From an uncultured virus (IMG/VR IMGVR_UViG_3300020477_000021) (lineage: Duplodnaviria; Heunggongvirae; Uroviricota; Caudoviricetes), in IMG/VR virus record IMGVR_UViG_3300020477_000021: 64,000 bases of DNA; one strand, 5' to 3'. How positions within the stretch are numbered: position 1 is the stretch's first letter; each line of letters opens with the position of its first letter. The notes beneath the pieces were generated by a model, which saw nothing but the letters and a program-made list of their open reading frames with translations, had not been told where the DNA came from and made no database searches. A program made the translations under genes and the position numbers. This document shows positions 48,770-57,296 of this stretch, in pieces.

Positions 48770-48907
48770 ATGACGAACCTCCGCAACAACATAGAAAGAC
48801 TATTACAAACCAAATCTGGTAGAATAATGTTAAAACTTTATATTGCGTGGAGTATTGTCGCAGACCTTACATTATTAGGAGGATTAGGTTGGTTGATTTT
48901 CTGGTAA
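48770..48907 (+). CDS. 45-aa single-TM micro-protein missing from the ORF track
   Basis: GAGGAGG RBS; MTNLRNNIERLLQTKSGRIMLKLYIAWSIVADLTLLGGLGWLIFW. Confidence 0.55.
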   Translation: MTNLRNNIERLLQTKSGRIMLKLYIAWSIVADLTLLGGLGWLIFW

Positions 48908-49206
48908 CAAAACAAAGAAAGAGAAAACCAAAAATATTAGCGGTTATTAATGACGCTTGTACTGGTTGTAGTGGAGCTCCAATTTGTGTTACAGAATGTC
49001 CTATTGATGCTTGTATGTATCTAGTAAAAAATCCAGATGCTCCATTTTTTCACCGTATAGAAGTTGATGCACTAAAATGTATTGGTTGCAAAAAATGTAT
49101 TTCTAAGGGCCCAATGAATACTTATTTAGAAGGATGTCCGTGGGATGCGATTGATATGGTCCCATTGGCAGATTGGGAATCAGAATATGGGGTTCTTGAA
49201 TATTAA
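48889..49206 (+). CDS. 2[4Fe-4S] ferredoxin with inserted loops
   Basis: CTGCSGAPIC...CP and CIGCKKC...GCPWDAI; TTG start after AGGAGG. Confidence 0.88.
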   Translation: MVDFLVTKQRKRKPKILAVINDACTGCSGAPICVTECPIDACMYLVKNPDAPFFHRIEVDALKCIGCKKCISKGPMNTYLEGCPWDAIDMVPLADWESEYGVLEY

Positions 49207-49214
49207 TATAAAAC

Positions 49215-49243
49215 TTGACATATGGCATTTCAGATGTTATAAT
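49215..49243 (+). promoter_or_regulatory. Sigma70-type promoter of hsp20
   Basis: TTGACA-17-TATAAT with TG extended -10. Confidence 0.85.
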
Positions 49244-49310
49244 AATAGTATAGAGTTGCACAATAACGTGGACTCTTTATCAACGCCTAGCTTACTATAA
49301 GGAGGCAATC

Positions 49311-49775
49311 ATGGTAACACTTAGCACAAGAAACTTGCACGATTTTTTAAATGATCCTTTCTTTCAACACGGTTCCATTGGATTCGATAGAATCTTTGAG
49401 ATGTTTGAAAGAAACGCACCACAAGGTAATTATCCACCTTACAATATTAAGAAGTTGGATAAACATAAATTTGTGGTGGAACTCGCACTTGCAGGTTTTA
49501 GTGAAGATGAACTCAATGTTGAGTTTGAAAAAAATATGTTGAGTGTAGAAGGTAATTCTGCTAAAGAGGGTGATTATATTCACCAAGGAATTGCAAATCG
49601 AAAATTCAAACGGTCTTGGACTCTTGCAGATCATGTAGAAGTTAAAGGCTGTACATTTGAAAATGGAATGTTAAATATCTTCCTCGAGGAAGTCATTCCA
49701 GAAGATGAGAAACCACGAAAAATAGAAATCGGTGGTTCGTTTAATAATTTTACGAAAAAGTTTCTTGCTGGTTGA
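49311..49775 (+). CDS. hsp20: Small heat-shock protein Hsp20 (IbpA-like)
   Basis: NYPPYNI, ELALAGF, HQGIANRKF, NGML.I, IPE..KPR.I.I. Confidence 0.95.
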   Translation: MVTLSTRNLHDFLNDPFFQHGSIGFDRIFEMFERNAPQGNYPPYNIKKLDKHKFVVELALAGFSEDELNVEFEKNMLSVEGNSAKEGDYIHQGIANRKFKRSWTLADHVEVKGCTFENGMLNIFLEEVIPEDEKPRKIEIGGSFNNFTKKFLAG

Positions 49776-49798
49776 CCCGAACAGCTAGTAAGAAACCC

Positions 49799-49830
49799 GT
49801 CTCGGCCCCGAAACGGGGTCGAGACATTTT
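49799..49830 (+). terminator. Intrinsic terminator-like hairpin
   Basis: gtctcggccccg-aaa-cggggtcgagac + atttt. Confidence 0.75.
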
Positions 49831-49844
49831 CATTTGGAGGTGAG

Positions 49845-50876
49845 ATGGCAAATCATTTAAGTAAATTATTGAAGGTAACAGATAATGAATACGCGTCTGT
49901 TGTCGAGGATGGAATTGCTGGTAGTAATACGTCTGTATTTGATACTGGAAGTTATATGTTGAATGCTTTATGTTCTGGTTCATTGTTCGGTGGTATTACT
50001 TCTAAGATTACAGTAATGGCGGGAGAAGAAGCTGTTGGTAAAACTTTCATTGCATTAAATATTGCAAAGAAGTTTCTTGACCATAATAAAAAGAATATAG
50101 TATTATATTTTGAAAGTGAATCTGCAATTACGGAGGAAATGTTAAAAGACCGTGGATTTGATACAACACGTTTCGGTGTAATTCCAGTTGCAACGATTGA
50201 AGAATTTAGAACCCAGGTAGCAAGAGTATTAAAAGATATTGAAGAAAATGATACTCGGAAAAAAGATAAGTATGAGATAATGGTTTTCCTTGATTCATTA
50301 GGAGGATTATCTACACAAAAAGAAATTGAAGATATTACAGAGGGTAATGCTAAAAGAGATATGACCCGAGCTCAGTTGGTTCGTGGTGCATTTCGAGCAT
50401 TGACTTTAAAGTTGGGCAAACTTGATGTTCCCTTAGTGGTGACGAATCATGTTTATGATGTTGTTGGTTCTTATTTTCCTTCCAAAGAGTTGGCTGGTGG
50501 TGGAGGACTTAAATACGCAGCATCTACTATTATTACATTCCGAAAGAAAAAAGATAAAGACGGTACAGACCAAGTAGGAATTGTAATCCCATCAAAAGTA
50601 ATCAAGAGTAGATTCACAAAAGAAAATCAAGAAATCGAATTACGATTGAATTTTACAACTGGACTTGATCCCTATTATGGGTTACTTGAACTCGCAGAGG
50701 AGTATGAAATAATCAAGAAGTCTGGCAATCGTTATGAGTTGGCAGATGGAACAAAAGTTTTTGGAAAGCAGATTAATGCGGAACCCAAAAAATATTTTGA
50801 TAAGAAAATGCTAGAGAAACTGGAAAAATGTGCAAAAACAAAATTCTCTTATGGGTCAACTAATAATGGACACTAA
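49845..50876 (+). CDS. uvsX: RecA-like recombinase UvsX
   Basis: DTGSY.LN, AGE..VGKT, DSLG.L, DMTRAQ, GG.GLKYAAS. Confidence 0.93.
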   Translation: MANHLSKLLKVTDNEYASVVEDGIAGSNTSVFDTGSYMLNALCSGSLFGGITSKITVMAGEEAVGKTFIALNIAKKFLDHNKKNIVLYFESESAITEEMLKDRGFDTTRFGVIPVATIEEFRTQVARVLKDIEENDTRKKDKYEIMVFLDSLGGLSTQKEIEDITEGNAKRDMTRAQLVRGAFRALTLKLGKLDVPLVVTNHVYDVVGSYFPSKELAGGGGLKYAASTIITFRKKKDKDGTDQVGIVIPSKVIKSRFTKENQEIELRLNFTTGLDPYYGLLELAEEYEIIKKSGNRYELADGTKVFGKQINAEPKKYFDKKMLEKLEKCAKTKFSYGSTNNGH

Positions 50877-50961
50877 ACCTCCAAATTTAAAAGACGTAAT
50901 ATTAGGTATATTGGGAATGATAGGTCTCATTTATTTAATGGGTCTGGCCGCACAAATATGA
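50866..50961 (+). CDS. 31-aa hydrophobic micro-ORF
   Basis: MDTKPPNLKDVILGILGMIGLIYLMGLAAQI; ATGA overlap with the next ORF. Confidence 0.45.
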   Translation: MDTKPPNLKDVILGILGMIGLIYLMGLAAQI

Positions 50962-51035
50962 AAGATTTAATAATACGTTTGTGTTTTGCGCTTTGTTGTT
51001 CTGGAATCTTACTTTGGATAGCTATTCATTTATGA
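50958..51035 (+). CDS. 25-aa hydrophobic micro-ORF
   Basis: MKDLIIRLCFALCCSGILLWIAIHL; ATGA overlaps on both sides. Confidence 0.45.
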   Translation: MKDLIIRLCFALCCSGILLWIAIHL

Positions 51036-52381
51036 GTTTTGAAAAAATAATATTAGAGAATTTTTTATATAATGACGATTATGCAAGGAAGATCCTCGCT
51101 TTTTTAAAATCAGATTATTTTTCTGAACTTTCAGAAAAAGTAGTATTCCAAGAACTCCAAAAATATATTATAGAATATAATTCCAGACCAACGAAGGAAG
51201 CTTTAAAAATTTGTTTGGATGATGTCGATAATTTAAATGAAGAGGTATTTAAACATTCTCTTGATTTGATTGACAGTCTAAATGAATCTTCCGAAGAATT
51301 TGATTGGTTAGTTAATAAGACTGAGGAGTGGGCAAAAGAAAAATCTATTCATAATGCAATCCTGGAATCTATTTCTATTCTTGATGGAAAATCAAAACAA
51401 GATAAAGGAGCAATACCAGAGTTATTAAGTGAAGCTCTTGGTGTATCTTTAGATACAAATATTGGACATGATTATATTAATGATTATGTAGAACGATTTG
51501 AATTTTATCATAAAGAAGAAACAAAGATTCCATTTGATTTAAAATATTTTAATACAATTACTGGTGGTGGAATACCAAATAAATCTTTGACAGTATTTCT
51601 TGCAGGAACGGGTGGATATAAAACTCTTACGAAATGTCATATTGCAGCTTCCTTATTGGAACGAGGACATAATGTTCTTTATATAACATTAGAGATGGCA
51701 GAAGAAAAGATTGCAGAAAGGATTGATGCAAACTTATTAAATATCAATTTAGATGATTTGAAGGCAATGGATGAAATCTATTTTCAACGTGGAATGGAAA
51801 AGTTGAAAAAACAAAATATTGGTAAGTTGATAATTAAAGAATATCCAACAGCAACAGCTCATGCAGGAAATTTTAGATTTTTGTTAAGAGAATTAAAACT
51901 TAAAAAATCATTTGTACCAGAAATTATTATTATTGATTATTTGAATATATGTGCATCTTCCAGATTGAAAGCAGCTGCAATGATTCAAAGTTATAATTAT
52001 GTCAAAGCAATTGCAGAGGAGATACGGGGACTGGCAGTAGAATACAATGTTCCTATTATTACATCATCTCAATTAAATCGTGCGGGTTTTGCATCATCTG
52101 ATCCGGGACTTGAAAATACTTCAGAAAGTTTTGGATTACCAGCAACAGCTGATTTGATGTTGTCAATTATTTCATCTGAGGAGTTAGATACTTTAGGACA
52201 AGTTATGATTAAACAATTAAAAAATAGATTTGGAGATGATAACAAATATAAAAAATTTGTAATTGGGATAGACAAGGCAAAAATGAAATTATTTGATGTA
52301 GAACAATCAGCACAGCCTAATGGTAATGGTCATACACCACAGGTAAATACTAAAACTAAATTTAAAGGATTTGAGATATGA
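51032..52381 (+). CDS. gp41: Replicative helicase gp41 (DnaB-like)
   Basis: YITLEMAEEKIAERIDAN, IKEYPT, IDYLNIC, SESFGLPATAD, KQLKNR; start set at ATG 51032. Confidence 0.95.
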   Translation: MSFEKIILENFLYNDDYARKILAFLKSDYFSELSEKVVFQELQKYIIEYNSRPTKEALKICLDDVDNLNEEVFKHSLDLIDSLNESSEEFDWLVNKTEEWAKEKSIHNAILESISILDGKSKQDKGAIPELLSEALGVSLDTNIGHDYINDYVERFEFYHKEETKIPFDLKYFNTITGGGIPNKSLTVFLAGTGGYKTLTKCHIAASLLERGHNVLYITLEMAEEKIAERIDANLLNINLDDLKAMDEIYFQRGMEKLKKQNIGKLIIKEYPTATAHAGNFRFLLRELKLKKSFVPEIIIIDYLNICASSRLKAAAMIQSYNYVKAIAEEIRGLAVEYNVPIITSSQLNRAGFASSDPGLENTSESFGLPATADLMLSIISSEELDTLGQVMIKQLKNRFGDDNKYKKFVIGIDKAKMKLFDVEQSAQPNGNGHTPQVNTKTKFKGFEI

Positions 52382-53013
52382 AAGAATTGACAGATTATAT
52401 CTGGTATAAAGAAGATATACTTGATCCGAAGCTTTGCGATAGACTTGTCAGTAAATGGGATAAAGATGCAAAGAATCAAGTTGAATCTGGACTTGGGAGT
52501 GAGAGTAATCAAGATGTTAATAATCATTTGCGACACGGAAAGGAAATGAATATTTCCAGAATTGTAAATGGTGAAAAATCTGCATCAACACCAATTTGGA
52601 AAAAGGACCATAAATTATTGGTAGATCGAACAGCAGAAGTTTTAAGAGATTATGGGCAAGAATTGAATCTTGATGCAAGATTAATTCCAGAAAAATATGG
52701 ATTTGAAGAATTTAGAATGAAACGATATGATAATAATGGTACAGATGAATTTGGTCCTCATGTTGATGTGATTGATTATAATTCAGCACGAAGATTTATT
52801 GTTTGTTTTTATTATTTGAATGATGTTGAAGAAGGAGGTGAAACTGCGTTTCCACATTTAGATGTTGATTTTAAACCAAAGAAAGGAGCTTGTTTAGTTT
52901 TCCCTCCATTGTGGTTATATCTTCACGAAGGAAGGAAACCAATATCCGGTCCGAAGTATATTCTTGGGACATATTTACATTATATAACAGCACAAGATTT
53001 TAGAAAGGAATAA
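52378..53013 (+). CDS. 2OG-Fe(II) oxygenase (prolyl-hydroxylase-like)
   Basis: HVD, YLNDVEEGGETAF, FPP.W...H.G......KY. Confidence 0.9.
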   Translation: MKELTDYIWYKEDILDPKLCDRLVSKWDKDAKNQVESGLGSESNQDVNNHLRHGKEMNISRIVNGEKSASTPIWKKDHKLLVDRTAEVLRDYGQELNLDARLIPEKYGFEEFRMKRYDNNGTDEFGPHVDVIDYNSARRFIVCFYYLNDVEEGGETAFPHLDVDFKPKKGACLVFPPLWLYLHEGRKPISGPKYILGTYLHYITAQDFRKE

Positions 53014-53016
53014 ATT

Positions 53017-53325
53017 ATGATACAACATGAAACAACAACTGAAACCGATTTTCGTAATGAATTGATTGACCAATTACAAAATCATATTTGTGAAGCCATC
53101 TTTACGAAGAAAGACGGAACCGAGCGTGTTATGAATTGCACTTTAATGTCCGAGAAATTACCAGAAGCTCAAAAAGAAAATGACGGTAATTCTAAGAAAG
53201 AAAATAAAGATATTTTAGTGGTTTGGGACTTGGATAAGAATGCGTGGCGTTCATTTCGTATTGATAGTCTATTAAAGTTTGCGGTAATGACCAATAGACC
53301 CCCTCAGAACGTCCCTATTCTCTGA
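53017..53325 (+). CDS. SH3/WYL-like beta-barrel protein
   Basis: FTKKDGTER.M.CTL, VWDLDK.AWRSFR. Confidence 0.75.
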   Translation: MIQHETTTETDFRNELIDQLQNHICEAIFTKKDGTERVMNCTLMSEKLPEAQKENDGNSKKENKDILVVWDLDKNAWRSFRIDSLLKFAVMTNRPPQNVPIL

Positions 53326-53396
53326 TTTGGGCGTAAGTAATGGTCAAATATCAGTATTTTAAAAGACGGTCTCCTGGGTCCTCTCAGGGGGTCGTC

Positions 53397-53504
53397 TAAA
53401 CCCTTATTTTACAAGGGTTTACGCTTTTCTTTATAATCCCTTATAAAACAATGACTTAGAGAACCCGATTTATATTGACATTTGAGCGTATTTCATGCTA
53501 TAAT
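53397..53504 (+). promoter_or_regulatory. Two palindromic boxes (53397-53421, 53434-53458) plus sigma70 promoter (53475-53504)
   Basis: taaaccctt-attttac-aagggttta; TTGACA-18-TATAAT with TG extended -10. Confidence 0.85.
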
Positions 53505-53551
53505 AAGGGTATGATAATGAGAAATAACAATTTAAATTATGAGGTTCAAAA

Positions 53552-53788
53552 ATGAAATTAAAACCACTAAGTCCTCAAGCAACTCAATTAACTTTTAATA
53601 ATGGTGTCGAAGTTCTTTTTAGTTATGAAACCCCTGTAGTGGTCCGTGACCAACAGGGTAAATTATTTCAAACGAAAACGAAACATTCTAATACTACTAT
53701 GAGGCATATTACTAAGTTTAAAAAAGATGAATTTGCGTTTTTGATTGACCAAAAATATATTGATATGTTAGTTATTGAAACTCAATAA
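53552..53788 (+). CDS. Early hypothetical protein
   Basis: GAGG RBS; VLFSYETPV...S.TT.RHI. Confidence 0.7.
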   Translation: MKLKPLSPQATQLTFNNGVEVLFSYETPVVVRDQQGKLFQTKTKHSNTTMRHITKFKKDEFAFLIDQKYIDMLVIETQ

Positions 53789-53819
53789 GAATATAGTAAT
53801 GAATAAAGGAATTTATATT

Positions 53820-54038
53820 ATGAAAATGAACTTACACGAAAAAAGAAAATGGGTCAAAGCAGACCCAGATGAGTATGTCGTAACACCAGATAAAACTTGG
53901 TTCTGGCGTCGGTCAAATGTTGTTGTAGTAAAGTGGGCCGAGTGCGTTCACCCCGACCCGTATGAAACTTGGACTTATCCAAGTTGGAAACAAGCTCAAA
54001 AAGGAATGAGCGATTTTCTGGATTTATATAATGAATAA
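53820..54038 (+). CDS. Early Trp-rich hypothetical protein (paralog A)
   Basis: AAGGA RBS; similar to 54055-54330. Confidence 0.65.
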   Translation: MKMNLHEKRKWVKADPDEYVVTPDKTWFWRRSNVVVVKWAECVHPDPYETWTYPSWKQAQKGMSDFLDLYNE

Positions 54039-54054
54039 TAAAGGAGATTATATA

Positions 54055-54330
54055 ATGTTTATGACAAACAATACAAAAGCATTAGAGAATGTTAAAGGTA
54101 GGATTGAATTAGAGAATGGTTTAACTCCATTGCGACGCAATCATTATTTTGAATTGATGAAAAATTGTGAGCAATATACTGTAAAGCCTAATGGTGATCA
54201 ACATTGGTTGTCTGGCAATTGGGTTCTTACTCAATGGAAAAAAGTTGAGCATCCGAATCCTTTTGAAAGTTGGAATTGTCGTAGTGCAGAAATTGCACGG
54301 GAAGTTTTTGAAAATCATATTGATTATTAA
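54055..54330 (+). CDS. Early Trp-rich hypothetical protein (paralog B)
   Basis: AAGGAG RBS; similar to 53820-54038. Confidence 0.65.
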   Translation: MFMTNNTKALENVKGRIELENGLTPLRRNHYFELMKNCEQYTVKPNGDQHWLSGNWVLTQWKKVEHPNPFESWNCRSAEIAREVFENHIDY

Positions 54331-54352
54331 TTATTATTAAGGAGATTATATT

Positions 54353-54538
54353 ATGAATACTTTTGAAGAATATTGTGATAATGTTGGTTACATTCAAATT
54401 TCAGATGAGCATTATGAAGGTCCAGATAAAAAAATCTATTCCTTCGAGCATGTTGAAAGTGAATGGATTGAAACCCGAGCAGAGTATAACGATTGGTTAT
54501 ATGAGCAAGCTCGGGAAGATGAATTTTTCGGAGCTTGA
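54353..54538 (+). CDS. Small acidic hypothetical protein
   Basis: AAGGAG RBS; Asp/Glu-rich. Confidence 0.65.
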   Translation: MNTFEEYCDNVGYIQISDEHYEGPDKKIYSFEHVESEWIETRAEYNDWLYEQAREDEFFGA

Positions 54539-55839
54539 ATATGATTTTAAAAATTATTAAAAAATTAAGAGATGATAATTCCCGTCTCGGGAAGATTGAT
54601 ATTTTAGAAAAAAATATAAATAACAATCTTCTCCGGGACGTTTTTCATTCAACGTATAATCCATATATCCAATATTATATTAGAAAAATTCCAGAGTATA
54701 AAGCTCGGGGTGGTTCTTCTTTGGATATTGCATTAAAAAATCTTAATGTTTTAAGCGAACGCAAAAAAACAGGTAACGCTGGTATTGCACATTTAAAATC
54801 TATGTTGGAATCATTATCGAAGGGTGATGCTGAAATTTTAGAATGTATTATTCAACGTGATTTGAAATGTGGTGTTACCACTAAAACTATTAATAAAGTT
54901 TGGAATGGCCTGGTTCCCGAATATCCAGTAATGTTATGTGAACCGATGAATGAGAAAAACATCAAGAAAATGTCTTGGCCAGCAATCGTGCAAACGAAAA
55001 TGGATGGGTTACGGGCAAATGTTATTGTTTCTAAATGGAAAAAAACTATTCGAGTCGAAGTACGTTCCCGAAATGGAAAGTTAATAGATATTGATGATGA
55101 TTTTAAAAATCAATTTGAAGATTGTGATGAAGGTGTCTATGACGGTGAACTTCTTTGTAAAGATAAATATAAGATAATGAGTAGAAAAGTGGGTAATGGA
55201 ATCATAAACAAGGCAGTCAAGGGAACTATTACCAAAAAAGAATCTAAAATGATTACTATGACTGTTTGGGATTATATTCCATTAGATGACTTTTATCGTG
55301 GTTATTGTGAGATGCCTTATTCTGAACGGATGAAATATATTGATAATAATTTAAAAGTTGGAAGAGGTTTGAAAGTAGAGTATAAAATGCGTTGTTATTT
55401 TCTTAAAAATCATAAAGTTCAAAATTTGAATTGTGCAAATAAACTTTTTCAAAAAGAATTAGATGCAGGAAATGAGGGAATTATTCTCAAAGACCCAAAT
55501 GGTGTTTGGGAAAATAAACGAGCAAAACATCAGTTAAAATTTAAAGCTGAAAATGAAGTGGATTTAAAAATTGTAGATACTGTTGAAGGAACTGGTAAGA
55601 TAACTGATATGCTTGGGGCATTGGTTTGTGAATCTCGCGATGGCAAACTGAAAGTGAATGTAGGTTCTGGTTTTTCTGAAGACCAGAGGAAGGAGTATTG
55701 GAATGAGAATTTAGTGGGAAAGATTGTTTCAGTAAAGTATAACGAAGTAATTAATAAGAAAACAGATTCAGTAAAGAGTTTATTTTTACCAGTTTTTGTA
55801 GAGATTAGAGAAGATAAAACTCTTGCTGACAAAATTTAA
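54535..55839 (+). CDS. gp30: ATP-dependent DNA ligase gp30
   Basis: QTKMDGLR, SRNGK, YDGEL, EGIILK, KFK, VGSGF, SLFLPVF. Confidence 0.95.
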   Translation: MNMILKIIKKLRDDNSRLGKIDILEKNINNNLLRDVFHSTYNPYIQYYIRKIPEYKARGGSSLDIALKNLNVLSERKKTGNAGIAHLKSMLESLSKGDAEILECIIQRDLKCGVTTKTINKVWNGLVPEYPVMLCEPMNEKNIKKMSWPAIVQTKMDGLRANVIVSKWKKTIRVEVRSRNGKLIDIDDDFKNQFEDCDEGVYDGELLCKDKYKIMSRKVGNGIINKAVKGTITKKESKMITMTVWDYIPLDDFYRGYCEMPYSERMKYIDNNLKVGRGLKVEYKMRCYFLKNHKVQNLNCANKLFQKELDAGNEGIILKDPNGVWENKRAKHQLKFKAENEVDLKIVDTVEGTGKITDMLGALVCESRDGKLKVNVGSGFSEDQRKEYWNENLVGKIVSVKYNEVINKKTDSVKSLFLPVFVEIREDKTLADKI

Positions 55840-55853
55840 TTGGAGGTAGCAAG

Positions 55854-56060
55854 ATGTATAGTGAAAATTTATATTATAAAGCATTGGAGTCTAAGTATCA
55901 TGCAGAAATCGCAGAGTCAAAGGCTGTCTTAAAAACTTTCTTTGAAAAGGATGTTGGAGTTGCTGACCATGCAGAATTTTTAAAAGTGTTTGATGACTAT
56001 GTTTCTAAGATTGCATCTGCTGAAGAAAATCTTAGAGCTTTGCAAGAACATTTTGGTTGA
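55854..56060 (+). CDS. Small hypothetical protein
   Basis: GGAGG RBS; VGVADH motif. Confidence 0.7.
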   Translation: MYSENLYYKALESKYHAEIAESKAVLKTFFEKDVGVADHAEFLKVFDDYVSKIASAEENLRALQEHFG

Positions 56061-56389
56061 TAATGAAAGTAGAAGTTACTACAAGATATAGACCCGGTGT
56101 AAAGGATATCCAAGGTATGACTGTTTCTCGCGTATTAAGCGAAGACCTTGGATTTCCTGAAGTCAAAGATGTTTGGATTGGTCAACTTTATCATTTGGAA
56201 TATCCAGACGAAAAAGGTATTGAATATGCCAAAGAGATGTGCGAAAGGCAATTAGTAAATACTGTCTTGTATGATTATAAAATAAGAGTAGTAGAGGAGT
56301 TTGGTGAAGGAATGGCTTATCGAGCTGAGAGTAATGAGCATAAGTCAATGTATGAAATAAGTGAAGAAAAATTAAAAATCTATGAGTAA
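56057..56389 (+). CDS. purS: PurS-like FGAM synthase subunit
   Basis: GVKDIQG, LGF..V.DV..G, EMC...LVN.V...Y.I resembles PurS (DPQG...LANPVIE). Confidence 0.7.
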   Translation: MIMKVEVTTRYRPGVKDIQGMTVSRVLSEDLGFPEVKDVWIGQLYHLEYPDEKGIEYAKEMCERQLVNTVLYDYKIRVVEEFGEGMAYRAESNEHKSMYEISEEKLKIYE

Positions 56390-56390
56390 T

Positions 56391-56466
56391 GCTGGTGTAG
56401 CTCAGTTGGTAGAGCAGGACATTTGTAATGTTCAGGTCGCGGGTTCGACCCCTGCCACCAGCTCCA
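56391..56466 (+). tRNA. tRNA-Thr (TGT)
   Basis: Canonical cloverleaf: GCTGGTG/CACCAGC, D arm AGCTCAGTTGGTAGAGC, anticodon loop TT-TGT-AA, GGTTCGA, encoded CCA. Confidence 0.95.
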
Positions 56467-56485
56467 TTTTGATTGGGAGGTTGTT

Positions 56486-56689
56486 ATGAGTTTAGTATTT
56501 GATTTTATGTTTTGGATGTTTAGAATTTTTGTTATTGTTATTTTACTTTGTGGTTCTTATTATTATGGTTATGATCGTGCTGAGTCTGGGTATACTATGA
56601 TTCCTGATGTTAGTGCAATTATTACCAAAGAAGAACTTTATGAAAAATTTGATGTACTACAAAGGAGATTGTATGAATCACAGCCGTGA
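56486..56689 (+). CDS. Small membrane protein
   Basis: GGAGG RBS; N-terminal TM helix. Confidence 0.65.
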   Translation: MSLVFDFMFWMFRIFVIVILLCGSYYYGYDRAESGYTMIPDVSAIITKEELYEKFDVLQRRLYESQP

Positions 56690-56879
56690 TGTAAAAGAGT
56701 TTTTGGCAAAGGGAGGCAAGATTAAACGTCTCCCTGATGCCATCACTAGAAGTTATTATGAAAATTTAGAAATATGTGGTATCTTGGAAAAAGAAAAAAA
56801 GAAGCATGGTGTAGAACGTGAACGTGTTTTCTTTGGTGGAAGTTCTATTACTAATGACGAAAGGAGTGAAAATGAGTAG
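56673..56879 (+). CDS. Small hypothetical protein
   Basis: ATG after AAGGAG; EFLAKGGKIKRL. Confidence 0.6.
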   Translation: MNHSRDVKEFLAKGGKIKRLPDAITRSYYENLEICGILEKEKKKHGVERERVFFGGSSITNDERSENE

Positions 56880-57273
56880 TAATCATGTTGCTAATTATGG
56901 AAAGATTATTAATGAGATTAAAGATTTGCACGATAAGAAGAACGCAGATTATGCAGGTTCTGAAGATTCCCTTGCAAATTTACGAATGTGTGAAAAGATG
57001 GGCTTGTCGTCTTTTATTGGTGTTGTTGTGCGACTTTCTGATAAGTTTTGTCGTCTGATGAGGTTCTGTAAAACTAAAGAACTTGCCGTCAAAGATGAAT
57101 CTATCAAAGATACTCTTAAAGATATAGTAAATTATGCAATATTTGCTATTATTTTTCTTGAGGAAGAAGAACAAAATCGTAGTTTAACTGGTAAATTAAC
57201 TCCAGTAACACATGAATTAACGGAAGATGAAATCAATGCGCTCAAAGATAAGCAACTTCAATCGTTAGTTTAA
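56872..57273 (+). CDS. Nucleotide-modification-associated, all-alpha NTP-PPase-like protein (DUF1599-like)
   Basis: KKNADYAG....AN, VRLSDK..RL, ESIKDTL.DI.NYA. Confidence 0.7.
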   Translation: MSSNHVANYGKIINEIKDLHDKKNADYAGSEDSLANLRMCEKMGLSSFIGVVVRLSDKFCRLMRFCKTKELAVKDESIKDTLKDIVNYAIFAIIFLEEEEQNRSLTGKLTPVTHELTEDEINALKDKQLQSLV

Positions 57274-57284
57274 AGATAAGAAAG

Positions 57285-57292
57285 TATAAATA
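57285..57292 (+). promoter_or_regulatory. Late promoter TATAAATA, 4 nt before the ATG
   Basis: Exact consensus; no SD between promoter and ATG. Confidence 0.7.
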
Positions 57293-57296
57293 ATAT

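Noticed and set aside
48742..48822. 26-aa ORF after AGGAGG
   Set aside because: It overlaps the better-supported 48770 ORF and has no features; cannot be supported from sequence alone.
50981..51031. Track start of the helicase at GTG 50981
   Set aside because: The extension is not gp41-like; ATG 51032 fits and is coupled to an upstream micro-ORF.
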